From Bacteriovoracaceae bacterium (GTDB lineage Bacteria; Bdellovibrionota; Bacteriovoracia; Bacteriovoracales; Bacteriovoracaceae): a stretch of 64,000 nucleotides of DNA. Within the stretch, counting starts at the first letter, position 1, and each line of letters starts with the position of its first letter. Of the stretch, positions 28,527 through 37,924 are shown piece after piece. The position numbers and the translations under genes are program-made. The stretch covers positions 352,001 through 416,000 of the forward strand of contig JBLWTJ010000002.1 of the NCBI GenBank assembly GCA_048270185.1, in the 5' to 3' direction. The notes under the pieces were generated by a model that had not been told where the DNA came from, did not search any database, and saw only the letters and a list, made by a program, of their open reading frames with translations.

Positions 28527-29320
28527 ATTTCTCCATAATAATCGAGCATGAGTTTTTTTATTTCCTTGTCCTCATTATAAGATATTTCATCGATAGAGCA
28601 AATAGGCCTGATACCATTAAATGAACTCGTCGAAAAACAATGATCAAATTCTCTTAACTCACTCGCATGAATTTTCTCATAACGAATTCTTCGACCGTGG
28701 TTAGCAAGCATCGCTTCAATCTTTTTCAGAGTTATTCCCTCTAAAATCCCCTTCTCAATTCTTGGAGAATAATACTCGTCAGCTTTTTTAAGAATCAGAT
28801 TGGCCGTGGGTAACTCTAATAAATATGAGTTGAGATCTAGCAAGAGTGCATCGGAAGCGCCTTGTGCTATTGCCTCACGTCGAAGCTTGAACTGGTATTG
28901 ATAATCACTTCTTTTAAAATATGTTGGAAAGTTTCGATTGGGATCATAACATTTGGCCCTCAAGCTTAGGGCACTGAATTGCTGCTCTTTTTCTAAGGCC
29001 CATAACCAAAAGTTAATTTCACCACTTAATTCTCGAAAGAATGTAATTCGAAAATAAGCATGCTCGATTTCTTCATACTCTTCGATTATATTGGCCGCTG
29101 CGTGCTGAACTTCATTTAAGTATTTTTCACTATCTTCTTCTGGCCAGCAATAATCAAAACACTTCTTGAGGCGATCTCGATGCTCATCCCAGAAGATAAA
29201 CTTTCCCCTCTTAACTAATGCTGTTGAAAAGAATGTATTTCCCCATAACATGGCCTCATTAATGAGGGCATCTCTGGTTTGCAGATTTTTCTTAGAGAAA
29301 TATAAAACTTCTTTGGCCAT
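28520..29320 (-). CDS. Class IV PLP aminotransferase family (PabC/IlvE/Dat-like)
   Basis: H..RL, catalytic-position Lys (YFKRSDY), E...AN, LEGIT. Confidence 0.8.
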   Translation of the reverse strand: MAKEVLYFSKKNLQTRDALINEAMLWGNTFFSTALVKRGKFIFWDEHRDRLKKCFDYCWPEEDSEKYLNEVQHAAANIIEEYEEIEHAYFRITFFRELSGEINFWLWALEKEQQFSALSLRAKCYDPNRNFPTYFKRSDYQYQFKLRREAIAQGASDALLLDLNSYLLELPTANLILKKADEYYSPRIEKGILEGITLKKIEAMLANHGRRIRYEKIHASELREFDHCFSTSSFNGIRPICSIDEISYNEDKEIKKLMLDYYGEIW

Positions 29321-29359
29321 AACTTTCCTTATCCATGGTTTCCATGATATCTAAATTCT

Positions 29360-30316
29360 ATGACGATAAGTAGTAATAAGAAAGATATTCTAATCATTGG
29401 ACTTGGTTCTCAAGCAAAATCTTGGGCCCTAAACCTTAGAGATTCTTCTCGCTGTGTTGAAATTGGGCTTAGAGATAATAGTTCCTCTAAAGAGCTTGCT
29501 AATAGAATGGGATTTCCTGTCGTTGCCTATGATTCAACTCCTCTTGAAAATTACAATTTCATTATCATCCTTACACCAGATGATACCCATAAAGAGATCC
29601 TTAACTCACTTAAATTTTTGGATAATGAATATTCACAAAACTTTATCTACGGACATGGCTATAGCGTAACATACGATGGAGTAAAGAAGCTCTTAAATGG
29701 ACATAACCACTTTCTACTCGCTCCAAAGGCTATTGCAAGTGAACTACGCTTTGGTTATGAAACGAAGGCACCTCTAACGGCCGTCGTTGACTGTGAGGAT
29801 GAAAATCTCCTAGAGCTTGCAAGAGATCTAGGTATTTCAGTTGGACCTGTGGTTGGAAGTTTTGAAGAGGAAACAATTTGTGATCTCTTCTCAGAGCAAT
29901 CACTTCTTTGTTCAGTCATCCCTCATGCGGCCAGGCTATCATTTGAGACTCTCATTGCCAGGGGCCATGATCCAAAAATAGCCTATATCGAATGCTGGCA
30001 TGAGGTTAAACTCATTGCTGATGCCATGATAAAATTTGGCCCTAGTGCCTTCCACGGTCTCATCTCCCCTAATGCTTTTATGGGCGGAGAAAAAGCTAAG
30101 TCATTGATTTTTGATAGCGAATACCAGAACAAGCTCGATAAAATTTATGACGAGGTGAAATCTGGCCAATTTGCTCGTGAAATTCTTCATACTGATTTCC
30201 AAAAGCTGCTCTCTCAGGTTATAAGTGAGAGTGACAAACTTGAAATTACTAAGGTTTATAAGAGCTTTGGAAAGAATCTGGTAAAGAATGAAGAAACTAA
30301 CGACAAGAAAAATTAG
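29360..30316 (+). CDS. ilvC: Ketol-acid reductoisomerase (divergent)
   Basis: IIG.GSQ...WALNLRDS, GLR, PD, HG, APK, F.EET..DLF.EQ..LC, AY.EC.HE.KLI.D. Confidence 0.88.
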   Translation: MTISSNKKDILIIGLGSQAKSWALNLRDSSRCVEIGLRDNSSSKELANRMGFPVVAYDSTPLENYNFIIILTPDDTHKEILNSLKFLDNEYSQNFIYGHGYSVTYDGVKKLLNGHNHFLLAPKAIASELRFGYETKAPLTAVVDCEDENLLELARDLGISVGPVVGSFEEETICDLFSEQSLLCSVIPHAARLSFETLIARGHDPKIAYIECWHEVKLIADAMIKFGPSAFHGLISPNAFMGGEKAKSLIFDSEYQNKLDKIYDEVKSGQFAREILHTDFQKLLSQVISESDKLEITKVYKSFGKNLVKNEETNDKKN

Positions 30317-31094
30317 AAAGGCCAAAATCGCCACAACAAAGACTTCACTGCAAGTCCTAACTTGCTATGACTATCAAACAGCTCAAATGCTCGATCAAAC
30401 TGAGCTTGATATGATCCTTGTCGGAGATAGCCTTGGAAATGTTGTTCTTGGATACGATACGACTGTTCAAGTTAGCTTAACTGAAATGTCGATTTTTGGC
30501 GGTGCTGTCAGAAGAGGTGCTCCAAATAAATTTCTAATCGTCGATATGCCATTTGGTTCCTACACAACTTTTGAAAACGCTTGTGAAAATGCCACCAAAC
30601 TTTTTCAAGAAACAAAGGCCGAGGCCCTGAAACTTGAAGGTGCCTTCCCTCACCAAATTGAAATAATAAGACGACTTACTCAAAGTGGAATCCCTGTTAT
30701 GGGACATATTGGATTGACACCACAAAGTGTTCACGAGCAAGGTGGTTACTATACGCACGGTAAAGACGATTCAGATAAAGCGAGGCTTCTTGCTGAAGCA
30801 AAGCTTCTTGAAGAAGCCGGGTGTTTTTCAATCGTACTAGAATGTGTCACAGATGAAATCGCGACAATCATTACTGAACAAATCTCAATTCCTACAATCG
30901 GAATTGGAGCAGGAAAGAATACTGACGGCCAAGTGCTAGTTATCAACGACCTTCTTAAAATGGGTCCTGGAAAATATCCTAATTTCTGTAAACCAATCGC
31001 TAACTTGTACGACGAAAAGCTAAAACTAATCAGTGAATATATTCTAAAGAATAAAAAAGCGGATAATTCAGACGATGCTGACCTACACCATTGA
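30288..31094 (+). CDS. panB: Ketopantoate hydroxymethyltransferase
   Basis: YD, LVGDSLG, DMPF, KLEG, GHIGLTPQ, IGIGAG. Confidence 0.97.
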   Translation: MKKLTTRKIRKAKIATTKTSLQVLTCYDYQTAQMLDQTELDMILVGDSLGNVVLGYDTTVQVSLTEMSIFGGAVRRGAPNKFLIVDMPFGSYTTFENACENATKLFQETKAEALKLEGAFPHQIEIIRRLTQSGIPVMGHIGLTPQSVHEQGGYYTHGKDDSDKARLLAEAKLLEEAGCFSIVLECVTDEIATIITEQISIPTIGIGAGKNTDGQVLVINDLLKMGPGKYPNFCKPIANLYDEKLKLISEYILKNKKADNSDDADLHH

Positions 31095-31722
31095 TAGTGG
31101 CAATACATTCGTCAAAATTGCAATCTTCAAAGATTCAGATTTAATCGATATAAAAAGATTAAATACCCATGACTTTCATTTTGAGTTTGAAAGAGATTCA
31201 AGAATTATCATTTCTAATGTATCTCACGATATTATTTCAAAGCTACCAGCTCAAGCTGTTGATGCTTCAAAATTAATCAAAGACTTCAAATCAACTTATG
31301 ATCAATCAACTCTTGGTATTGATCGAAAAGTTATCTCTTACTACTTACAGAGAAAAGGGATTGAGAATGCATTAATTGTCGATGCTGGAAGTTTTATTAC
31401 TTTTGATGAAATAAGAAATGGTATTCATAAAGGTGGCGCTATCTATTTAGGACTTCAAAACTACCTAAAGTCCTACCCAACTTTTTCGGCCAATCTTCCC
31501 CTACTTGAAAGTGAAAATATAGAAGAAGGTTGCGCCAATACTAAGCAGGCCATAAGCTTCGCCTACAAGGCTTACCTTTTAATGATTCAAAATGAATTAC
31601 AAAGATTTGATCAACACGAAGTGTATCTAACAGGAGGTGATGCCAAACTCATCTCAAGTGGTCAATCGATCAAAGACAATCTCATTCACGAAGCTCTATT
31701 TAGCCTACAAGATTTGATTTAA
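31075..31722 (+). CDS. coaX: Type III pantothenate kinase
   Basis: D.GNT..K, LG.DR, VDAG...T.D, GG.I, TGGDA. Confidence 0.88.
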   Translation: MLTYTIDSGNTFVKIAIFKDSDLIDIKRLNTHDFHFEFERDSRIIISNVSHDIISKLPAQAVDASKLIKDFKSTYDQSTLGIDRKVISYYLQRKGIENALIVDAGSFITFDEIRNGIHKGGAIYLGLQNYLKSYPTFSANLPLLESENIEEGCANTKQAISFAYKAYLLMIQNELQRFDQHEVYLTGGDAKLISSGQSIKDNLIHEALFSLQDLI

Positions 31723-31924
31723 AGTTTTCAGGAATATCAATGGCGCGATACTTCTTTCCATTAGAAAGACGAATCCAGTAGCCTTCTTTAACATCCCCAT
31801 CCATGACGATATTGATCGGCTTCATTGAGACTATATGGTCGTAATTTATGTAAATCAGTTCACAAGTATCACCAAGGGCCTGAACGTCACGTTGTGAGAT
31901 GATTGAGAACTTACCAAATTTCAT
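31700..31924 (-). CDS. Small hypothetical protein (weak FlbD-like pattern)
   Basis: 74 aa with AAAGGT RBS; IN.D.I...L.NGKKY. Confidence 0.55.
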   Translation of the reverse strand: MKFGKFSIISQRDVQALGDTCELIYINYDHIVSMKPINIVMDGDVKEGYWIRLSNGKKYRAIDIPENFKSNLVG

Positions 31925-32052
31925 AAACTTACCTTTGTTACTTATTACATAGGACGGCCGAATACCTTCAGATATTTCAAATATAATGGCCTAAATCCTT
32001 TAAAACATATATAAGATAGACACATTGTATTAACAACCAGAAAGTTAAATAT

Positions 32053-33282
32053 ATGAAAATATTAGTAGGTGTATGTGGCTCTGTTTCCGCATATAAGTCA
32101 ATTGAGTTTATTCGCGGTCTTGTCAAGAAAGACCATGAAGTTCGTGTGCTCTTAACGAAAGGGGCCCAAGAATTCGTTAATTCAAACCTCTACACTTACC
32201 TTGGTGCCAATGAAGTTTATGGGGCCCAAGAAGACTTTTCAGGCTCAGTTGAAACAAAGTCAGTCTTACATATTGAATTAGCAAAGTGGGCCGATGAGCT
32301 TCATATCTATCCAGCAAGTGCTAACACTATTGCCAAGCTTGCGATGGGAATGAGTGATGATCTTCTAAGCTCTGTCTTTCTTGCTGGTTGGGATAAGTTC
32401 AAAACGGTGATCTATCCGGCCATGAATACATCAATGTGGACTAATCCTATTACTCAAGAAAATATTGATCTCATGAAACGTCTTGCTCACCAAGAGCAAG
32501 TCTATATTTATGAACCACAAGTTGGAACACTTGCTTGTGGCGATACAGGTGCAGGAAAAATCCCTGATGTCGAAGAAGTTCTCGCAAATTTTGATGCTAT
32601 TAATTCTTCAATTAATGAAAAATCAAAACATGTAGTTATTACTGCAGGCGCAACAGTTGCACCTATTGATCCAGTTCGCTTTGTAACAAATCCTTCATCA
32701 GGAAAGACCGGTTATGAAATTGCCAAAGAGGCTCTCCGCTTAGGAAACCGAGTGACGATTCTTCTCGGTGTTAATTCATGTCCAGGCTTTACTTACCTTG
32801 CCAAACTTCCAGGTGTGCGAATTATCAATGTAAGAACAACCGATGAAATGTATGAAGCTGCTAAGTCCCTTGAGAATCAATTTGATGCTTATATTTCAAC
32901 TGCGGCTATTAGTGATCTTAAGTTTAAAACATCTGACTGTAAGTTAAAGAAGGAAGCTCTCTCTTCTTCAAATCTTGAATTTGAAAAAGCTCCAGACGTT
33001 CTTTCATATATTGTTTCAAATAAACTCGATCATCAGGTCATTGTAGGATTTGCTGCTGAGACTGACTTAACAAAAGAAATCCTCGAATCCAAATATAACC
33101 GTAAGCCAACGAAGCTTTTAATTGGAACTCACGTTGATAGTGGGCTTTGTAAGAGCGAAAGAAAAGGCTTTGGGAATAATGAAGCTAATTATACGATCCT
33201 AACTGATGGGTCGATTGACTTTAGTGGTGAGCTTTCAAAAGTAGAACTAGCTAAAGAGATTTTTAAAAGGATCAAGCTTTGA
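32053..33282 (+). CDS. coaBC: Phosphopantothenoylcysteine decarboxylase/ligase
   Basis: GSVSAYK, HIELAKWAD, PAMN, LACGD.G.G, DPVRF.TN.SSGK.G, GFAAET. Confidence 0.96.
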   Translation: MKILVGVCGSVSAYKSIEFIRGLVKKDHEVRVLLTKGAQEFVNSNLYTYLGANEVYGAQEDFSGSVETKSVLHIELAKWADELHIYPASANTIAKLAMGMSDDLLSSVFLAGWDKFKTVIYPAMNTSMWTNPITQENIDLMKRLAHQEQVYIYEPQVGTLACGDTGAGKIPDVEEVLANFDAINSSINEKSKHVVITAGATVAPIDPVRFVTNPSSGKTGYEIAKEALRLGNRVTILLGVNSCPGFTYLAKLPGVRIINVRTTDEMYEAAKSLENQFDAYISTAAISDLKFKTSDCKLKKEALSSSNLEFEKAPDVLSYIVSNKLDHQVIVGFAAETDLTKEILESKYNRKPTKLLIGTHVDSGLCKSERKGFGNNEANYTILTDGSIDFSGELSKVELAKEIFKRIKL

Positions 33283-34148
33283 AGATCATTGAACACAGAA
33301 GTGAATTAATTTCGACAATGAAAGAAATCTCACATGAGGAGCTTGGACTTGTTCCAACAATGGGAAATCTTCATGCAGGCCACATGAGCCTCGTTCAAGA
33401 AGCTCTTGATACTTGCGATAAAGTAGTGGTGACGATTTTTGTTAATCCAAAACAATTTGGACCAAATGAAGACCTCGCAACATATCCACGTACACCTCAA
33501 GAAGATACCGAACTGATTAAAGAACTTGCCGGAGAACGCCACGAAGATATTATTGTCTTCATGCCACGTGGAAACGAAGAAGTTTACCCTCCGGGATTTA
33601 ATACCGAAGTAACGGTTTTAGGTCTTACTGCAAAACTTTGTGGAAAGAGCCGTCCTACTCATTTTAGTGGTGTAACAACTGTTGTTTATCAACTCTTTTC
33701 ACTAGTAAAGCCTGCTCGTGCATACTTTGGTCAAAAAGACTTTCAACAAGTTTGTGTTATAAAAAAAATGGTTAATGATCTCAATCTTGAAGTTGATATT
33801 AAAACCGTACCAATTAAAAGAGAAGACTCAGGCCTTGCCCTATCTTCACGCAACGGTTATTTAAAAAATGAAGAAAAAGAAATCGCACTTACTCTCCCTA
33901 AGAAATTAGATGAGATCGAAGAGCTTCTTCGCTTTAATACTTGGGTTGATGCTCAAGCTGAACTAAATAATTTACTAGAAGAAACATTAAAAGATTCAAA
34001 CTGGGATTATCTTGAAGTCCTCGACAGTAAGAATCTTGAAGATGTTGAATTAAATACTAAAGAGATTGTCATTGCTGGTGCATACTTTGTAGGAGATCGC
34101 CCTACTCGCCTTATCGACAACAGAGTTTTGGAAATTACATATGCTTGA
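33279..34148 (+). CDS. panC: Pantoate-beta-alanine ligase
   Basis: VPTMGNLHAGH, FVNP.QF, FGQKD.QQ, GLALSSRN, RLIDN. Confidence 0.97.
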   Translation: MKIIEHRSELISTMKEISHEELGLVPTMGNLHAGHMSLVQEALDTCDKVVVTIFVNPKQFGPNEDLATYPRTPQEDTELIKELAGERHEDIIVFMPRGNEEVYPPGFNTEVTVLGLTAKLCGKSRPTHFSGVTTVVYQLFSLVKPARAYFGQKDFQQVCVIKKMVNDLNLEVDIKTVPIKREDSGLALSSRNGYLKNEEKEIALTLPKKLDEIEELLRFNTWVDAQAELNNLLEETLKDSNWDYLEVLDSKNLEDVELNTKEIVIAGAYFVGDRPTRLIDNRVLEITYA

Positions 34149-35460
34149 TAATGAATTTTATATTTCAAGAGAAGCAAAAGCTTCTCTCGTTTCACTTATT
34201 TGTCCTCGCTTAGAAGAGCATGCAACTGAAAAAGATACGATGCGAAGCTTAGACGAGCTACGAGAGCTAATGCGAACTCTAAATATTGAAACTGGTGAAC
34301 AATATATTCAAAATAAAAAAACTGTTGATGCTGGAACAATTTTAGGAACAGGAAAACTTGAAGAAATTGCGGCGGCCGCTCAAGCAGAAGGTTCATCTCT
34401 ACTCGTATTTGACTGTGAGCTAACATCAAGTCAAATTAGAAATATCAAAAAGCTTACAGGAATGTCTGTTGTTGACCGTTGTCACATCATTCTTGAAATT
34501 TTCTCTGAACACGCACGTACAAAAGAAGCACGAATCCAAATTGAAATCTCACGTCTACAATACATCCTTCCACGACTTGCTGGTTTTTGGTCTCACTTAG
34601 GCCGCCAAAAAGGTGGTATTGGAGTACGAGGAGGAGAGGGTGAGCAACAAATTGAGCTTGACCGTCGTATCATTCGAGAAAGAATTGAATTCTATAAGAA
34701 AGAACTTAAAGAAGTTGCCAAGTCTCGTATAGAACAAAAAAAGAAACGTTCACAAAAGGCCATCACGACAGCACTCGTAGGATATACAAATGCAGGAAAG
34801 TCTTCACTGATGAATCGCCTTTGTCGTGTCAATGTACTAGAAGAAGACAAACTCTTTGCGACACTTGATTCGACATTTAGGATGTTAAATCCTGATACAA
34901 AACCTCCAATGATTCTCATCGATACAGTTGGATTCTTATCAAACCTTCCAAACACACTAATTGATGGTTTCAAGACGACTCTTGAATCGGCCCTTGAAGC
35001 TGATCTACTTATAATTGTTTGTGATATTAGTGATCCTAACTATGAAAAGCACTTAGAGGTTACAAATAACGTACTCAATGAGCTTGGTCTTAAAGATAAG
35101 GATCGTTTCATTGTTTTTAATAAGAAAGATAAATTAAATGACAAAATAACTGAAAATATTATTAAGAGAAAGCATCCAGATAGCTTTGTTATCTCAAGTT
35201 TTGATAAGCAAAATATTGATGATCTTCGTGAATATATTGTTCAGTACTTTCTTGATCAACAGACAAATTACGATCTCTTTATTCCATATGATGCCGGAGC
35301 GGCCCACGCAGTCGTCGTTTCAAAAACTAACGTAATTAAGACAAGTAATCATGAGAAAGGAATCTACTATCAAGTTAGAGTACCTGACTTTATTTATAAC
35401 CCATTAGGGTTACAGAAATTTGAGCTAGGTCCTCACGACCCTCTCCTAGAAGAACTATAA
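34141..35460 (+). CDS. hflX: GTPase HflX
   Basis: GYTNAGKS, LFATLD, DTVGF, NKKD. Confidence 0.96.
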   Translation: MLDNEFYISREAKASLVSLICPRLEEHATEKDTMRSLDELRELMRTLNIETGEQYIQNKKTVDAGTILGTGKLEEIAAAAQAEGSSLLVFDCELTSSQIRNIKKLTGMSVVDRCHIILEIFSEHARTKEARIQIEISRLQYILPRLAGFWSHLGRQKGGIGVRGGEGEQQIELDRRIIRERIEFYKKELKEVAKSRIEQKKKRSQKAITTALVGYTNAGKSSLMNRLCRVNVLEEDKLFATLDSTFRMLNPDTKPPMILIDTVGFLSNLPNTLIDGFKTTLESALEADLLIIVCDISDPNYEKHLEVTNNVLNELGLKDKDRFIVFNKKDKLNDKITENIIKRKHPDSFVISSFDKQNIDDLREYIVQYFLDQQTNYDLFIPYDAGAAHAVVVSKTNVIKTSNHEKGIYYQVRVPDFIYNPLGLQKFELGPHDPLLEEL

Positions 35461-35498
35461 AGAAGAATTATAAAGTAGAGCTATAAGTCGAACTATAA
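35448..35498 (+). repeat. Four degenerate tandem copies of a ~13-bp unit from the hflX 3' end
   Basis: AGAAGAACTATAA AGAAGAATTATAA AGTAGAGCTATAA GTCGAACTATAA. Confidence 0.8.
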
Positions 35499-35522
35499 AC
35501 TTATTTCTAAATAGTCCGATGA
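35496..35522 (+). promoter_or_regulatory. Candidate sigma-28 promoter
   Basis: TAAA-N15-TCCGATGA. Confidence 0.5.
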
Positions 35523-35528
35523 GCGAGT

Positions 35529-35882
35529 ATGAAAAAAATCACACTCGCACTTCTTCTGACTCTAATGTCTTTTACTACTCAAGCAGGCATCATTGCTATT
35601 GATGTTGAATCCTATCACCGTACGGATATGGACTTCATGTTTATCATCAAAAACAAAAGCTATGATAAGGTTGTTCTGGACTGTCAGGGTTTTATTAATG
35701 CGCTAAACCTCTATAGTACTCGTGGACATGATATATTTACTATTCCAGGCTATGGACAGTGCATGGCCATCCATAACGAAATCATTAAAAATATTCGTGT
35801 GAAGAAAGATTCATGTGTTGCAATTAATGACGAAGTTGGTGAAATTCTAGTTTTAGATAGTAAGTGTCCCCAGGCCAAATAA
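35529..35882 (+). CDS. Small secreted hypothetical protein (4 Cys)
   Basis: Signal peptide MKKITLALLLTLMSFTTQA. Confidence 0.75.
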   Translation: MKKITLALLLTLMSFTTQAGIIAIDVESYHRTDMDFMFIIKNKSYDKVVLDCQGFINALNLYSTRGHDIFTIPGYGQCMAIHNEIIKNIRVKKDSCVAINDEVGEILVLDSKCPQAK

Positions 35883-35898
35883 TTGACCTGGGTATAAA

Positions 35899-36171
35899 TT
35901 AAGATATTCTTTTGATTAAGTGATATCCAAACTGAGTGCGAACGATTGGAGATAGCTCTCCTACTTCAAGAGCGAATGCTGCCTTTTCAAAAGGTGCAAC
36001 CATCATTCCCTTTCCAAATTCACCAAGATCCCCACCTTGCTGACCAGAAGGACAATTAGAATAATCTTTTGCTAATTCTTCAAAAGTTTTTCCATCTTCA
36101 ATTTTCTTTAGTAAATCTTTTGCTTCAAATTCTTGATCAACAAGAATATGAGCACAACGAATCTTTGCCAT
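35899..36171 (-). CDS. ppiC: Parvulin-type peptidyl-prolyl isomerase
   Basis: HILV, F..LA..YS.CPS...GGDLG.F, TQFGYH; start trimmed to MAKIRC after AAAGGA. Confidence 0.92.
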   Translation of the reverse strand: MAKIRCAHILVDQEFEAKDLLKKIEDGKTFEELAKDYSNCPSGQQGGDLGEFGKGMMVAPFEKAAFALEVGELSPIVRTQFGYHLIKRIS

Positions 36172-36270
36172 AGTATTTCCTTTGAATAATTTTTTTATGA
36201 ATGAAAGCGCCAATAGTACGTCCCTATAATAACGAGTAAAATGATAACTAACCCAATGTACATGTATAAC

Positions 36271-36618
36271 TCATCCTTCTCCATTAAAGTCTCCACAAAT
36301 ACGATTCAGATTGGTCATAAGATTCGCTATATCGACAGGAGCCTCTAGTGTTCGTTTTGAACTTCCTGCTCCGTTTGTAACGATTTGAACGACTGGGATA
36401 TTCTCACAGAATTCTTCTTCAATTTTTGAAATAGTATCAGCCGTCACAGTTGAGAGATCAACAAGAATTACTTCAGGTTTTATATCACGAATGAAATGAA
36501 AGGCGTCATTCTCATCACTTAGAGTGAAGAAATCCCCGCCTATCTCCTTACCAAGGGCCTCAATAGCAGTAATCATCATTTGGTTATTACTTAAAAAGAA
36601 TAGTTTTTTAATTTTCAC
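36271..36618 (-). CDS. Degenerate receiver-like single-domain protein
   Basis: P.VILVDL and IPVV pattern; lacks N-terminal DD and conserved Lys. Confidence 0.5.
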   Translation of the reverse strand: MKIKKLFFLSNNQMMITAIEALGKEIGGDFFTLSDENDAFHFIRDIKPEVILVDLSTVTADTISKIEEEFCENIPVVQIVTNGAGSSKRTLEAPVDIANLMTNLNRICGDFNGEG

Positions 36619-36668
36619 GCTTACGCCTTCATGTTACATTTAATTATAATCAAAACGAGGACCTGGAC

Positions 36669-36956
36669 ATGCCAAGCCGCATTAAAATTATAGATAACTT
36701 ATCTAATTCTACCTTATATGAGTACTCAATGGAAGAAGCGGATAAAGCCTATGAAAAATCGGAAGAACTAGAGGCCATGGGACTAGATATTAAGCTCGTT
36801 ATTCCCTCTGTATCTGAAACCCTAATTAGATCACTTGGCGCTGATTCCGACGCAGTTAATAAGTTAAGAGAAATGCTTGATGAAGAGATTGCCTCTCATA
36901 TTGAAGAAGAAGGTAGCTGTTCAATCTGTCTTCCTGACGGAAAGCTTAAACAGTAA
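36669..36956 (+). CDS. Hypothetical protein
   Basis: 95 aa with GAGGA RBS; C-terminal CxxC. Confidence 0.7.
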   Translation: MPSRIKIIDNLSNSTLYEYSMEEADKAYEKSEELEAMGLDIKLVIPSVSETLIRSLGADSDAVNKLREMLDEEIASHIEEEGSCSICLPDGKLKQ

Positions 36957-36957
36957 T

Positions 36958-37725
36958 TTATTGACTAAATTCTTGCTCCATCGCTTTTGTTTGCTCTTGA
37001 ATTAACTTTAGTGACTTCATCGCCTCTTTAAGTTCAGGACTATTCTCAATGGCCTTTTTAATATCTGACTGATCAATATCTTGACCAGTCTTCTGACTCG
37101 CCTTCTTGATATTTTCCTCAAAGGCCTTATCTAAATCTGAAGAATCACCTAGTCCAATATCTGAACCCTCGACTTTTTCAATACTACTAAGAGGCAAATA
37201 GAGACCCCCTAGAACACCACAATCAACTAAACTTCCATTTGGTTCAACAATTATATCGAGCTCAATTTTCTTAGTGTGCTTCTTTCCGCCATAGGCATTA
37301 TTATTATACATCTGCATCTCTAGTATGACTGAAGCTTCACCACGATACTCTTGCGCACCATCTTTCTTATCTAAATAGAGATCCGCCACTTTAATTGATA
37401 CTAAGGCGAAGTTTGTCCCAGCAATCTTCTGCCCAATCTTGTATTTCACTTTACCATCTGGTCGCTTAATTGATTCAATTTCCAGCCCATCACTTAAGTT
37501 CCCATAATCTTGTAAACTCGATTTACAGATACCAGGCTTTCCAAGATAGGCTTTAAATGCCTGATAGAAATTATTGACCTCTGCTTGGTTGATGACTGAT
37601 TTCGTTGACTTCATTTGTGTCTGTTGAAACTTCATGAAGCCCAAGGCAACAACGGCCAAAAGGCCTGCGGCGATTGTGACCTCTAATAGTGAAAAACCGG
37701 CATTATTCTTTAGTAATTTCTTCAT
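36958..37725 (-). CDS. Type IV pilin/pseudopilin-like protein
   Basis: Class III signal KNNAG|FSLLEV followed by a hydrophobic helix. Confidence 0.85.
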   Translation of the reverse strand: MKKLLKNNAGFSLLEVTIAAGLLAVVALGFMKFQQTQMKSTKSVINQAEVNNFYQAFKAYLGKPGICKSSLQDYGNLSDGLEIESIKRPDGKVKYKIGQKIAGTNFALVSIKVADLYLDKKDGAQEYRGEASVILEMQMYNNNAYGGKKHTKKIELDIIVEPNGSLVDCGVLGGLYLPLSSIEKVEGSDIGLGDSSDLDKAFEENIKKASQKTGQDIDQSDIKKAIENSPELKEAMKSLKLIQEQTKAMEQEFSQ

Positions 37726-37798
37726 AAATATATTTTAGGGGAATTTGTGATTTGAAGGAAGTGGGTATTTTGGTTTTATTTCTAGGGAGTTATGGGCC

Positions 37799-37834
37799 GG
37801 TTGGTTGATTGGCTGGTTGGCTGGTTGGCTGGCT
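37799..37834 (+). repeat. (YTGG)n tetranucleotide microsatellite, about 8 units
   Basis: GG TTGG TTGA TTGG CTGG TTGG CTGG TTGG CTGG CT. Confidence 0.85.
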
Positions 37835-37867
37835 AACTTTAGCTTCGCTAAAGTGTCGCTTGGGAAT

Positions 37868-37894
37868 AAAAAAAGGCTACCTTTCGGTAGCCTT
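37868..37894 (-). terminator. Intrinsic terminator for rpsA
   Basis: Minus strand AAGGCTACC-GAAA-GGTAGCC followed by T7. Confidence 0.85.
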
Positions 37895-37924
37895 ATATAT
37901 CTTTTTTATGAAGATATTCTTTTT

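Noticed and set aside
35448..35498. Possible CRISPR-like repeat array
   Set aside because: Units are 12-13 bp, directly adjacent with no spacers, and no cas genes are present.
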